A stretch of 64,000 nucleotides of DNA from NCBI GenBank assembly GCA_000091205.1, contig AP006495.2, one strand, 5' to 3'. Shown piece after piece: positions 44,501 to 56,082 of the stretch. Position 1 is the first letter of the stretch. Every line of letters begins with the position of its first letter. The notes below the pieces were generated by a model that was not told the DNA's origin, made no database searches, and saw nothing but the letters and a program-made list of their open reading frames with translations. This DNA is from Cyanidioschyzon merolae. Taxonomy: Eukaryota. The translations under genes and the position numbers were made by a program.

Positions 44501-44639
44501 GAGCACACGTGCGCTGCCCAGGAAACGCGCTCCGGTTTCGAACGCACTTGTAGAACGCTCCGCAGCTAGGCAGAGGCGACGTCCGAGCGACCAGCTGCTT
44601 TCGACGACCATCGATCGACGGAGCGAGTTTTTGGCTTAG
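41577..44639 (+). CDS. DEAD-box ATP-dependent RNA helicase with low-complexity N-terminal extension
   Basis: A Q-motif region is followed by AHTGTGKT, PTRELC, GTPGRL, ILDEADRMLD, FVSATM and HRVGRTSRMG. The true start is possibly the internal Met (~41730). Confidence 0.8.
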   Translation: MLQTVRRFTSTWAFVGYRRSLPACSGASSSSQALGERKVRPALYPLAVRCSMVLLHIIDGDAAPEVGPATERRRKANTAKRAKRRQSKDHPAPLEAVGDPEKRATSGSALEARSNARTPRATAVVASCTEVSRQSAIATVEQQPSALHSGALGLDSDSHARTPTGLTAPGTGVEPHSDQERLHATISSKGAPSATGPLGVASLAAFVGATCRGKGTRAGTAVCIGTERKSARRHRNTAGTSGDGTVLTTNAHTTARKPKQSTSLNRSPPQKVDGNESKCAAVLASGTEGLAVQEHARHNHSQGVSLAQVEFRALPLDPSLCYHVQHRLGWQQPTRIQQRAIDALQSSVQRSSDRPTLPLWSIRAHTGTGKTAAYLLPIIHWMLQKHPRMERSYGTVAVVLAPTRELCVQIEDMARAFLRPYHWLVASAFVGGEKRKSEKARLRHGTNLVIGTPGRLWDHLQQTSSWHLEHCEWFILDEADRMLDLGMADTVRSVWTEVLQRHRSGNATRSATALNGTSVPVGPLRTVFVSATMRSEHVEKLCEICALDKLADGGNAPAATMQCIDDDDAAAAAASTTADTRHRAAVAVDAHAVHERTGHGDCEQAIERGDETRLLVHAASNLYSRARRSTQLDALPGDLSSSPILHCFRLVPTRYRLAELACVLHAFGNGVLQRALGPLLPCTDEFIRPESRKALVFASTCASVDFLYELFRQLGKRQEPLLPEEQAEVSPPEPVLNSNGSAYSTGLQCQLFRIHGSMTQTERIRTFRAFRKMLSTPCLLFCTDVAARGLDIADLSLSVHYDPPTSDGDQEYWHRVGRTSRMGSVGASVVILQEHESGYLSWMASRYGFEWRSLPCLAQQVQARDGIRSMSGSREAGGAFGEAHHSVRAETYAAHQSFLQEIRYLVETVPSLEPLARKAFSSYVRSYRTHSRDMRHIFDARCLHLGLLADSFGLRVVPRFAGADHEPPLTRMPSRSTRALPRKRAPVSNALVERSAARQRRRPSDQLLSTTIDRRSEFLA

Positions 44640-46525
44640 ACGCGGCTGTTACGTTTGGATGAGGGATCTTTCGGTGCGCTCGGTCCTGAACATCCCACTT
44701 GATATACTGTGCCGTGCACTGCGTTTCGGGCTCGGGGACATCTCGCCGTTTGTGGATCGATGAGAATGGCGGCTTTTTGTGCGACGAATTGACGCAGTTT
44801 CTTTTTGTTTTCCGAGCCTCGGACGAAAGGTTTTCAGTGCCTTTGTGACCGATTCGAGTAGTGTATGGAGAGCGTTTTGCTTCTCAAATCGTGCACTGTT
44901 CAGAACTTGTACAGCAACTTGGTATGGGCTACCTTGGTCAGATTTGTTTGCAGGGAACATAGAGCGTGCGGGCGTTTCATCGTTGTAGCAAGCAGGAATC
45001 TCAGGAGATTTCCCGAGACGCGTGAATACTTTGTATGATTGCCGAAGGTACCCGAGTCCGTCTATATTTGTGTGTGCACACTGGAATGCATCCATGTTCA
45101 TGGTTTTTAACGACTAATCTGCTGAAATGCTCGTAGACGCGCATCTGCGTATTCGCATTTGCATATTCTGGACCGCATGTGTGCAGGCGTGTGTGCATCA
45201 CAGGTGCCTCGCAAAGACAACGTCTAAAAAATGAGAGAGCACCGCGCTTCGTGGCTTGTTGGTGTCGGTACACGCTGCTCTACGCTGCTGATTCACGTGA
45301 AAGGATGGTGTGGAGTTGCAAGGCAGTCTGCAGACTGCAGCCGCTGGTTCCGTGGAAAAGGCCTCTCTAGGTTCAAGCTGGATATCTGTTCTCTATTTCA
45401 ACAGTATGACACGCACAGCAATGCTGCTACCTGCCTGCATTGTGTGCTCCTATTATGGGGTATTCTTTGGCGCTGCGCTGATCGATTTATGATGGATCTC
45501 ATTCCATGGGTATGGCGCAGATATCTTTCATGAATAGATATGCAGAACGCTCTGGCGGATGTGGAAGACCACTGGAATGCAAACACCGTTGCCTCTTACC
45601 ACAAGCGTATATCCACTTTCAGCGATCACAGGTTCAGGAATCAGGAATGGGCTGCGGAGAAGCGGCTTTGGATTCTTGACCCGTCCCCCGTAGTGTCCCG
45701 CCTAGGGCGACCTCGCCAGAGCCGCCCGAGTACGCGTCCACAGCGCACAACTGCGGCAGCGGTACAGGCTTGTTCGCGAGCGTCAGACAACCGCCTATCC
45801 AGGGAGCAAGTCTGGTACGGCACGATTTGCGAACTTGAACAGCTCAGTGAACCGGTGGAAGAGAGCGTGCCAGTGCTCATGGGCCAAGGTGCTGCGGATG
45901 CCTTTGCTTTCTCCAGCCTGTCTTGCGTGCTCGCTAGTATTTCTCGAGTCACCGTAGCCGGTTGTAGAAAAATGACTAGGAACGGGTTATAGGTTAGGTA
46001 AAGCATGTTGCCCTTATCTTGGAAGATTCTAATCTTGTAGAATGTCTTCCTCAGTGTGCAAGGATGTGTGAGAGTTCAGAACCGATGTCGATGGTGCCGA
46101 AATGTACACGAAACGAGACTTGTGGCTTTATTTTGTAGTACATGCACGTCGACGTGAAGTAGAAGGAATTCACTGAGCTCATTCGGGCGTACGCGCTCAA
46201 GTCTGGGCCTCGTCCATCTCTCACTGGCTCCACCACCCTTTGCAGGCTTTCTCTGTGCGGCTGCCTCTTGATCCTCTCTGATGGCTCCGGGCTGTCGATA
46301 CGTCGGTCTCTCCTGCAGATCCAACTCCGTGACTAGCAGTCAAAGCGAACTGGTGGCAGTGTTGATGGAGATTTTTTCACCGCATTCGGCAGTTTCCTAC
46401 GTCACTCTTGAACAGATGATCTTGGTGAGCTCTACGTCGCTCGCCGTATTCCTCCTCATTACGAGCAGCCTAGGTGCACCATTCGCAGCGGTAACCCATG
46501 GATGAGGTCAGGAGTTCCTATACAC

Positions 46526-47224
46526 TCACCACACTCGCTCTTTTCGTATCCCGATCTTTGGCACGTACACGCTTGCTTCACTGCTCACTGCGTGTCCTTG
46601 ATGGATACAAGAGGCTGTTTCTGGAAGCCATTCCCGGTTTCTGCGCTCAACGACGTATCCTGGGATCGTGGGCACCTTCTGAAACATCCCATCGGCGAGT
46701 ACGCTTTCTCTAGAACCATCAAGTGCATGCTGTTCCATTTGACAGAGCGTATGTGGAACGCGATGTTGTCCATGAAAAAAACAGCAACTGCAGGGAAAAT
46801 CCAGACTGGAGATCATGTCGATCATTTTCGATCCGTCGACGCATATTTCCTGCAATGCGCTGATGCACTCGAAACTGTAAACGATCGCACCGAAGGCTTC
46901 CGTCAGAGTCCAACATTTTTTTCCATGCCAACCTGGTAGACTGTTACACATATTCGCATATCCCATTGCAATAGCCATGCTGGTGTTGAATGCCGTTCCG
47001 TCGATCGCCATATAGAGTAAACTGGATTTGCTCTTCAAACAAACTAGGATAGTTGACGTTTCGATCCCAGTGACGCTTTGGCAATACCTGGTGAACAAGT
47101 CGCCAAATGACTCTACCAGGTAGTTTCCGTAAACAATCCAGCGCTGCAACTGGGTTCGCGCACAAGTTGCCAAGAACCAGAGAGATCGAATCCTTGAACA
47201 ACGTTTGAACTGATCAATAGTCAC
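46526..47224 (-). CDS. Hypothetical ORF (232 aa)
   Basis: It is the only sizeable ORF in a 3 kb ORF-poor interval. No motif is recognised and it may be spurious. Confidence 0.2.
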   Translation of the reverse strand: MTIDQFKRCSRIRSLWFLATCARTQLQRWIVYGNYLVESFGDLFTRYCQSVTGIETSTILVCLKSKSSLLYMAIDGTAFNTSMAIAMGYANMCNSLPGWHGKKCWTLTEAFGAIVYSFECISALQEICVDGSKMIDMISSLDFPCSCCFFHGQHRVPHTLCQMEQHALDGSRESVLADGMFQKVPTIPGYVVERRNREWLPETASCIHQGHAVSSEASVYVPKIGIRKERVW

Positions 47225-47786
47225 ACCAAGAATGGAGAAGATCAGATATTCGTCCTTATGAACTGAATGGTGATATCGCGTATTCTGCGAACCCTTGTTT
47301 GCGGCTGTCGCGAAGCACCTTCACGCAGGTGTCGTAACGAGCTCCGACGGCAAAGCGCTACCGGACCCACTCCAGAAAGACGTACAATCATCCTAAAACG
47401 ACATAGGAATCAGTAAGCCCTCATCGCTGCACCTCGAATACCCAGGTCCTGCATAAAAACACAGTTCGGAGAGAAGCGTGCGCGACTAGTCCAGTGTTCC
47501 GTGGATATCGGACACGACTGCGCTGCGACTGTTGGCGCTTGTGCGAACTTTAGACAAGTTTTCTGGTGACGTTCTCTTGGGGACGCTCTGAACACTATAG
47601 ACGTCGCCGCTACCATAGCGTACATAAGCTACACCCCGCATCGGGACGCTGTCTTGCTTTCGTGTGCGTGTGAACGGCACTGCAGAAACCTGAGCAGCAC
47701 CCGGTGCCACAGGTCGGTGCGAAGCTTCCGGGCGAGTCGGGTTCCAAGGCCCGCACCCGAAACTCCGAGTTACCAGCGGGGTTCAC

Positions 47787-50276
47787 TTGATCGGTTGTGA
47801 CCCTTCGCGTCCGCGCCCTGGCGGACGGGCATGCACGAGTACAGGTTTAGACTCGCAAATGGACTCACTTGTCACTGGAGCACACGCCGAGTCTGAACAA
47901 ACCAAAAGCTTTCCAGACTCGACTTTGAAGAGCGTCCCGGACCGGTACAACCTCCCAGGGGATAGTGGCGATGCGAAGAAGCAGCGTCGTTTGCTTCAGT
48001 TTTCGTTCTTTCGTCCAGACAGACTCCAGCCGGAGGTGGACACGCTCACCGAGGCACTCGTGCCTCTGGACGTCGTCGATGAGCCAGACCCACCGGTTGT
48101 CTGTGCCATCGGCTGGCTCTGCACTCGAGAGGAAGACGAGATCGCTAGCGCAGTCGAGCGTCTAGCCGTTGAAGGCCGCCTCGCAGAGTACTATGGTACA
48201 ACGGACTTGGCCGAGGCTGTCGATAGGGCGCTCTCCCGCGCTCAGCAAGGTGCTGTAGCGGCAAGTTCGACGCGGAACCGGATGCCTGTCCTCAAGGGAA
48301 CTCCGATTGGACCGATACGCTCCTGGTGTATCCAGTTTGGCATCGAACCACGCATCTACGTGGAGACGGATGACGCCTGGTACCACGTGGTGTATTACGG
48401 AGCATCCCCAGAGTACGCTCCGTTGTTTGAGTCAGCGCGCTCAAAGTTCGAGATCGCTGTGCGAGCAGATCTACTTTGTGCGAAAAACCCCGGCGTGCGG
48501 CTACGACCTGCTGTGGATCTTACGTATGGATACGTGACGTTTGCCTTGACCTTGCCTTTTGCAGGGATGCGTTCATATACCGAGGAGCATGTCCATGAAG
48601 TGGCTCCTTTCCTGCTCGAGCAAGCAGCGGAGCTCGATAGTTATTTACCTGAATCACATTTCCTCTCCGTGCTTGCCCGCCGGGCACCAATCGGTGGAGC
48701 ACCCTCGCAGTCGCTTTCAGCAGACGCGCTACCGAACGAGAAGCGCCGACATTTCATGTATCACCTCCGACATCTGTTGGCAGAGATATGCCGACGGAGC
48801 GATGCCCGGGAGCTTCGTGAACTCACCAATCCTCAAAAGTATCCAGGATATGAGCAGGCAGTGCCTGTGCCTTTGGATCTGAACCTGATCATGCATCGTT
48901 TGCATACTGCGGAAGGATATACCGCAGACGATCCGGCGGCTGTTGTGCGGGATGTTCGCCAGGTTTTCCACAACTGTCGGCTTTTTCTGCAGGTCTCCGA
49001 TAAGGAGTCGCAAAAGATACTGGTGCGGGCGACTCGGGTTGAACACTTTTTCGACGAACGACTGCTGCAGCTTGAGCTTGCGCTGCGAGATGGCTCGCTT
49101 CCACCGGCAGTCGGCCAGCTCGGCGCGTCTCTGGATGCATCAACAGTAGCGTATGATCACGCGCTCACGTACGAGGGCGACGGAAACGGGCAACAACACG
49201 CAGCAGCTGGGTCGGAAGGGGCACGAACGCCTGATGCAGCCGATATTTCGGGCCCCGAGTGGTCGCACCAACTTGCAGATACCGGTTCGGTGGAGGCATT
49301 GCGGGGCAAACGCACGGCGAAGCGTCGACGGCCGTCGGAGCAGTCGGCCGGCAAGGGCATCGGCAACGGCCGCGACCCCTTGTCCGCTGTTGTAGATCCC
49401 GTCACTGAAGGCACCGCTTCCAAGCCGAACGAAGATGCTCGTAGCGGTATACGTGGGAACAGTGGAGTTGCTGCTGCTGCTGCTGGTGCTGCTGTTGCTA
49501 CACTTCCCAAACCGGTCTGCGCATATCCGATCTGCACACACGAACCGCGCCGTGGTTCAAAGTACTGTTCGGACGAATGTGGGTGCGCTGTGGCTGTACT
49601 CCGTCTGGCGGAATCTGTAGAGACATTGCCGCGAGCTGCTCGTAAAGCCCTCCTGGCTGCAGAGGTGGTGGTTCGGGGCTTTGCGGCCGCCGGAAAAGAG
49701 GCGCAACGAGCTGCAGAATTGCTGCTCCGAGAGCAAGAGAAGCGAGAACAGGAGGCACAAACAGCGCATGCGTCGCAGGACGCTCCGCAAAACGATCGAG
49801 GTATGCCTCCAGAGTTCCGACCACCACCTCCACTTGCAGCGACTGCATCGGCTGCGGAAAAAGCAGCCTATGCGAGTTTGAATGGCGTTATCGAAGAAGC
49901 GACCAAGCTGCACTGCCAGCTGAAGCGCGTGGACGCGCAGATTGCGGAAACCAGCGTCCTTGTGGCTGCGGCTCCCGAGGGTTACTGCGGGTTTGGTGGA
50001 TACTGTCAGTGGTCGTGGCGTGGAGGTCAGCGACCTAGCCCAATTGCTGCAGGGCTGCGTACTGCAGATGCACCCGAGACTGGATCGGAAAACGTGCAGT
50101 CTCGACCGTGTCCAATTCATGGAAATTGGCGAGTGAACAAGCCGCTTGAGTATCACCGGGAGCGCCAGCATGTTATATCGCGCCTTCAGGACCTCAGTGT
50201 CATGTATCGCCGACTCTGGGAGCACCTGAAGCTAGGAATCCCGCATCAGAGCGAATCCATGGAAACGAATGGCTAG
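47787..50276 (+). CDS. Bromodomain-containing protein with Cys-rich motif
   Basis: NPQKYPGYEQAVPVPLDLNLIMHRL...GYTADDPAAVVRDVRQVFHNCRLF fits the bromodomain ZA/BC-loop pattern (P.DL..I..L...Y......DV..F.NC..F). A Cys cluster VCAYPICTHE...KYCSDECGC is also present. The start is possibly the internal MDSL. Confidence 0.5.
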   Translation: MIGCDPSRPRPGGRACTSTGLDSQMDSLVTGAHAESEQTKSFPDSTLKSVPDRYNLPGDSGDAKKQRRLLQFSFFRPDRLQPEVDTLTEALVPLDVVDEPDPPVVCAIGWLCTREEDEIASAVERLAVEGRLAEYYGTTDLAEAVDRALSRAQQGAVAASSTRNRMPVLKGTPIGPIRSWCIQFGIEPRIYVETDDAWYHVVYYGASPEYAPLFESARSKFEIAVRADLLCAKNPGVRLRPAVDLTYGYVTFALTLPFAGMRSYTEEHVHEVAPFLLEQAAELDSYLPESHFLSVLARRAPIGGAPSQSLSADALPNEKRRHFMYHLRHLLAEICRRSDARELRELTNPQKYPGYEQAVPVPLDLNLIMHRLHTAEGYTADDPAAVVRDVRQVFHNCRLFLQVSDKESQKILVRATRVEHFFDERLLQLELALRDGSLPPAVGQLGASLDASTVAYDHALTYEGDGNGQQHAAAGSEGARTPDAADISGPEWSHQLADTGSVEALRGKRTAKRRRPSEQSAGKGIGNGRDPLSAVVDPVTEGTASKPNEDARSGIRGNSGVAAAAAGAAVATLPKPVCAYPICTHEPRRGSKYCSDECGCAVAVLRLAESVETLPRAARKALLAAEVVVRGFAAAGKEAQRAAELLLREQEKREQEAQTAHASQDAPQNDRGMPPEFRPPPPLAATASAAEKAAYASLNGVIEEATKLHCQLKRVDAQIAETSVLVAAAPEGYCGFGGYCQWSWRGGQRPSPIAAGLRTADAPETGSENVQSRPCPIHGNWRVNKPLEYHRERQHVISRLQDLSVMYRRLWEHLKLGIPHQSESMETNG

Positions 50277-53149
50277 TGGAAGCGAACGCTGAACACCGGC
50301 TGTCTGTGCAACTGCTAGCTGTTTGCAGACGCGTATAGCACAAGATCGCGAGGCATGTGAACGTCTCGACGTCGACCGGAGTTGATTCCCTAGCAAACCG
50401 AAAGCGGAGCTCGAAATGCTTGATACGATGTACGCTCTCAGTGTCGATCTCGTATGCATCTCGAGCACCCACACGTACCGCTCGTGTACGCGTAAGCTGG
50501 GCAATCGCTCCACGAGTAGCCATGCACGAGGCTCTGTACCTTCTATTCTTGATGTTACCGCGGTTCGCGGCAATCCGGAACGTCTGGCTTTCGAAGTTTT
50601 TTCAAATGCGCGTCCTCATCCTAGACTTTGAGGTCATCGTCCGCTGAGTAGAAGCGTCTCTAAACAGCACATCTCTAGAACAACAGCACGCAGGATTTTA
50701 GCATGGACGACACTATGTAATATACAGAGCACCTGCTAGACGAGCAGAACATGTTTGGTTTGACGCATTCGGAGTTGTGTGATGTTTGGAGCGCTGTCGC
50801 GTGACCCAAGTCGAGTTTGTCGGGCGCAGCGTGCGTCAGACTTGCGCGACGAGCTGACTACTCTGTGGACTCGCTTGCACCAGGTATTTCGCCGAATTCG
50901 CTGGGCAGCGCTCGTCACCAGATCCAGTGCCGATACGCTACGAACACGAACGAGTCCTTGGACACATCTAGGTTACGGGGTAGGTGCCGAAGTTGGCGAT
51001 CACACTGCCAACGGTATTAGCGCTCCCGTAACTTACATATGCGCGGTTCAGGCAGCCGACTCGGTGCGAGTCTGACTATTGGAACCCGAAGCCTGCACTG
51101 GAGGGCAGACCAAACGAATTCCGTTGAGCAGCAGCCTCTCTTGACTTGGGCGTGTGCTGGTGGCAGCCCTGTTTTAATGTTATATGGCGTTACTTGCGCT
51201 GCAGCGATACATTCGCGCCTCATTCCAACGGAATCGTACCGTGCTCGAACGCAGGTACAATGTACGTTTGTCCTAGTCAGATGGAACGGATGATCGAAGG
51301 TAAATCGAGCGATTACGCTGAATTTTGGGTCTATTCTCATGAGCATCAACACCAGCCTTTGTAGGCTTTTCTTTACGCGACTGCTTCCATTTCCATCACC
51401 ATACGTAGAGCCTTGAATGCACTGGTATATCGATTCCCTCTAGTTTCATTATCAGCTGTCGAAGCATGTTGATACCAGCCTCCAAATTCCAAATATGCTT
51501 CTTTCTGATGTTTTCTACCTATTTCATGCACAGAAAGACGTTGCGATGAACGACGCGCTTACCATCCTCATTATCTTGGTTCGCAGTTTCGGTGCGTCCT
51601 TCGCACTAGTCAGATTTGGACGACGGTGAGATGTACCCATGTGTCTACCACAGCATTTCTTCTGAAGGATGTCCCTTGGTACATGGGCGCTTGATTCATC
51701 GATCAGTGCATGCGCTTCGTGGACACAGAAGGGTTTAGTTGAGAATATCCTCAGTTCTCCGCTAAAGGCGCCGCACCTAATGATCACTGATCTTTCCTGG
51801 GCAAACGTCTCGGATGCTGCTCTGTGCGCCACGTACGGAAGCGCAAGCTGTTTCATTCGACGGAGCTTTTGTAAAATCCGGTAATATACCTTAGGAAACA
51901 AGTCCCGGAAGGACATTATAGGCAGGAGAACAAGCCTCGAAATTCCGATTCGTCTGCACCCGCTTCGTGCGAAGCTCCGTCGCGCTCTCAAAAGGATGCA
52001 ATTGCTGCGATGGCGACAGCTCGAGACCCAGACCCTTTTGCCTGCACACTGAGGAGACGGGAGCCTTAGGATGATACCCCCAAAAAGGTACTATGTAATT
52101 TTTAAATGACTATTTCTCGATCGCGACCGATAGAGAAGGATGCATGTTTGAAGGGATCTCGATTATGTGACGTGGCAAGTTCATCGAACTTTCGGCACCT
52201 GCTTTTGAACAAGTCTTCAAATCTCGAGGTACAGCTCCTTTTTGGGGTCAATCCTGCATCGCTAACTGCTCCACCCGCCTGCTCCCGTGGAACAGCAAGA
52301 TCGGACGCTCGCAGAACGCATGATTTGAGCATGCTGCACGGAAGAAAAGTAGACGAATCGTGGCGCATACCTACGTATTAGAGAAAGGTATCGGATCGTC
52401 TTTTGCACCCTTCCTTGAATGCCTCGCGAATCATCTAGACGACACTGACGTAGCGAATTCCAACTCGAGAGCTTCGAATGAGCCACTCTGAATTGAAGGA
52501 AGAGCATTCTATAAATGCCAAGGAATCCGAAAGTCCTTATCGATGCGCTTCGAATGCCGAGGCTGTACACCCAGAAATAGTTTGGTCAAATATCGAAATA
52601 CGGTAGCGGAGCTTGCTCGACGGAACACCACCTGGTCTGCGACGGGTGTAGAAATCAGCGCGAATGCCGTTGACGCATTTCCCAGGCGCGCAAAGCATCC
52701 CGCACGATCGATCATGGAGCGTATTGACGCTGCTCCGATGCCTAGAGTTATCGAACGAAACAACGAGTTGTCTGCGTCAAAAAGGCATCCGAAGGAAACG
52801 CAACCGAGATATTTTCAAGGCGTAAAACCGACGGAAAGCCTTCGGGGTTCACAGTGCAACGCTAGGCGCTTTCGGAAAAGCGATGGCACTCGTTTGATGC
52901 ATCTCTCCGTCTCGACTCCAGTTCACGTTGGCTTCGGCGCTTGTTTGTTTCGCGGAGGCAGCTGGAGCGCCCGATGTTGCCCCCCGAACGCAGAGCACAG
53001 ACGCTGGGCGTAACGTACATGCAACCAAGTCTTTTACCTAGAGAAATAGGGTCTGCATCTATAAGGTACATACACAGAGACGAATGCAAACAAATATCCT
53101 CCATTGGTGCATAGGAACAAATCTTTCAGAGGAATCTGGTTTCGCGTCC

Positions 53150-54040
53150 CTAGTTCCCAAAGGCGCCCAGCAGTTGCTCAACAGCAGGCTTGACACGTTT
53201 TTCATACCAGGACGGATCCGGACAGAGCTCCTGGATTTTGCGCGCCATTGCTTGCCAGCCGTCTTTAACACGGCTCAAATCCAGCCCAAGTTCATGGTAG
53301 AGCTCCAGTAGTAATGCAACGTTGCGTCGGTGCAAAAAGTCAACTGGCGGTGCATTCTCCTCCTGAGCCAGCACCGCATAACTCACAATGCGAAGCTGAT
53401 CGCGCATGTCGTTGGCGAGCTGTTCCTCGATGGCTTCGGTGCGGCTCAGCGTTGCCAGATTTTTTCCCTCGTAGCATTCTTTCTTCACCCTTGCAGCCGC
53501 AATGCCAGCTTCGATGATCGCCTCCGCATTGGTCGTAATGACTGCCGCCACGTCAGCGCCCTGAAAACTCCTCCTACCACGATATGACTCAATCTCTTCG
53601 ATAGGGACGAACATCAGCGCTGTATCATTTTTCCGGCAGGTGTTCGCGGCTTCTGTATGGAAGCCGTCACCACACCGAAGAAGCGACTTGTGACTGCGCA
53701 AAAACGCCCGCAGGGCCTGCGCACGCCTCGACATGTGATCCGTCTTTGGGACCGAAGTTGGAGCGGGCGCACCATTGTTCTGGGAAGCAGCACCAGCGCC
53801 GTCACGCGGGCCGGCACCCACCGGGAACGGTGGAGTTAATGTCGAGGTGATCTGCAGCGCCCGACAAGCACGCTTTGCGTTCGCCAACGAGCATGGGGAA
53901 ACCCGCCGGAGCGACCTCCCGTGCGAGGAAAGCCAACGGCTACTCCAAACGAAGCCAGTCGACGCCTTCCTAACCAACGCTACACTTGAAGCCTTTCGAT
54001 GTTTCGGTGAATAATGCAAAAAAATGTTTGTAAAAGCCAT
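53150..54040 (-). CDS. Hypothetical conserved protein with Arg/Ser-rich N-terminal presequence
   Basis: The ORF track gives 53150..54067, apparently with a non-ATG start. The first ATG gives MAFTNIFLHY... The N-terminus looks like a mitochondrial presequence. The internal block RCGDGFHTEAANTC...VITTNAEAIIEAG is unassigned. Confidence 0.35.
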   Translation of the reverse strand: MAFTNIFLHYSPKHRKASSVALVRKASTGFVWSSRWLSSHGRSLRRVSPCSLANAKRACRALQITSTLTPPFPVGAGPRDGAGAASQNNGAPAPTSVPKTDHMSRRAQALRAFLRSHKSLLRCGDGFHTEAANTCRKNDTALMFVPIEEIESYRGRRSFQGADVAAVITTNAEAIIEAGIAAARVKKECYEGKNLATLSRTEAIEEQLANDMRDQLRIVSYAVLAQEENAPPVDFLHRRNVALLLELYHELGLDLSRVKDGWQAMARKIQELCPDPSWYEKRVKPAVEQLLGAFGN

Positions 54041-54049
54041 GTTCGAGCG

Positions 54050-54195
54050 CACGACACGCACCAACAAACGCCCCTCTAAAGTCGAACGACGCCAGCGGTA
54101 TGCAGTAGTGGCGTGTGACGCGCCCTAAACAAGACGACTCCAACTGACGTAGAGACGCCCACCAGGCGTTCTCGGCGGTCCATGTACTAATGCTT
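54050..54195 (-). ncRNA. Candidate omega-RNA-like 3' block of copy B
   Basis: It is homologous to 38932-39090 (ggcgtctctacgtcagttggagtcgtcttgtttagggcgcgtcacacgccactactgcataccgctggcgtcgttcgac). Confidence 0.3.
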
Positions 54196-56082
54196 TCAAT
54201 CATGTCTCATATAGTTCAACATTGGGAGGTTGTCCAATAAAGTTCGCTCTTGTCCATTATGAGGTCTTCTTTCCATCACCGCACATTTGTTTATATTAAT
54301 TGCGCCATAAACATCTCGGTTCACAAACTCCATACGTTTCTTGCCATTAGAAGTTGTACTTTCTAATGCGAGCAATCCTCGAACAATCGCCCACCTTTCC
54401 ATTTGCTCTTCCGTCAGCGCTCCGTACGTTTTTATATCCTCAGGGCTCCGCTGGCACTTTTCTCTTTCGGCTCTCTGAAGTGTACATCCCAACTCGTGGA
54501 TTGTATACGATGTTCGGAACTTATGTACAGGTATCCTAGCGAAACGCCTTGCGCAATCCTTATATATTCTTGTCGTGGGAGCTGGTGTAGTCCCTTTTTT
54601 GGGCGCCCAGCGCCCTGCTCTGCACGCTACTACGAGCTTTTGACTTTGATCCTCTTTGAGGGCACTGAACTGATTGAAAAAGTTGACGAATCCACGCTGC
54701 TTCCCACAGCACAGATACATTCGCGATAGAGCCCACATGGGCTTTAGATATTCTTTCCAAAGCGCCTCCCAATGAGCAACGCGAACTTCCATGAATTTCA
54801 GAAAAGCTTGAAAGTCTGCTCATCGGATCGTCAGCTCGCTCGAAGCTCTCAGGTGCTCCTTGATTTATGCATTCCATGTCTCAGTTTTCTTCCTCGCATT
54901 CTTTATACCGGATTCTCGATAATATCTAGTTCTTGAGAACCTCAATAGACGCATGTCGCTCTCACGTAAGCTGCCGTCAATGCCATCTTCCGCACGCTTG
55001 GGAGCAACGATGGTTATGCTATTCGTATTCGCAGGGTCCGCCCCAACGACAAAGTCGTTATCCTGCACCTCCTGCGTCGCTGGATCTGCCTCTTTGATTT
55101 CTTCATGCTTCGCAGAGGGCGAAGCGAAAGGCACGATAGGACGATCCATCTTCAACCGCCAATAGTGCACACACATGGCTACACCATCGGTTTCGACCAT
55201 CCCAGCGAATACCTTTTGTTTGCTCACTTTGAGACGTTTGAAATAGAAGATACTCTTCTTACCGTATGTCTCACGGGCTTCACCGGAGAACTCCTCCATT
55301 GTAGCATCGAACTCGGGACTGATCTCTCTCATGATGCCATGAAGGGTTCTGGAGTCGATACTCACAAAATGTGACTTGATGTTGCACATTGGAACCACGT
55401 TGACGCGCCTCCCCATTAGAATAGCCTTCCGTCTCTCCCACTCTTCATTTGTCTCTACACTCAGCTTCATTTCCGCCTTGCGTTCGAGCTCTCGGTCCAG
55501 AAACACGAAATCGCGCAGAATGAGGCGATAGTATCTTTACTTGTCTTTTTTCAACTCTGATATCTTGTCTATTGGATTCGCCAACCCCAGTACCGCACGG
55601 TGCTCTTGTATAACCGCACGGATCACAGAAGCTTCATTCGTGCTCCTGAGTGACGCCTTCTTGTCGACGAATTCGACCTCATCTTCATACTATCGATCGT
55701 TCATGGTGCCATTGATCATCGCCCATATTCCTTTGCGAGAGACGCCCGTGTGGAGTGCAAACACGGCGCATATCATGAAACGTTCGAGGCTCTCTGTTAA
55801 ATGGTTTTTCAGGTTCGTAACGTACTTCATCGTTCCGTATATGTAAATATTCGAGTCACCCTTGCATCGAGTACCCTCGAAGCAGAATTCCGCGAAGATT
55901 TCGTGAAGAGTGCGAACCAGCTCATTTTCCCTCTGCGCTTTCCCTGTACCAAGCATCAAGTGACGAATATGTGTCTGGTCGAAGAGCTTGTCCGGAAGCT
56001 CGACCGTTTCCATGTGCGTCACGTCGCGATACGTCTGCATCACCAAATGCATCAGTCCTGTCGACGCCTTGACAATACTCAT
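54196..56082 (-). pseudogene. TnpB/Fanzor-like RuvC nuclease ORF (copy B), single frame interrupted by stops plus one frameshift
   Basis: The segments 55690-56082, 54865-55506 and 54196-54792 share a frame. The motifs [37 protein letters not shown] and EFVNRDVYGAININKC are present. A 1-nt deletion near FVF/LDRELERK was seen by manual translation. Confidence 0.6.

Noticed and set aside
55495-55510. Apparent +/-1 nt disagreement between the ORF-track coordinates and my manual indexing of the printed sequence, with some track ORFs apparently starting on non-ATG codons (e.g. 54067, 55506)
   Set aside because: This most likely comes from my hand counting and from the ORF caller allowing alternative start codons. 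I kept track coordinates for CDS features and marked element boundaries as approximate.
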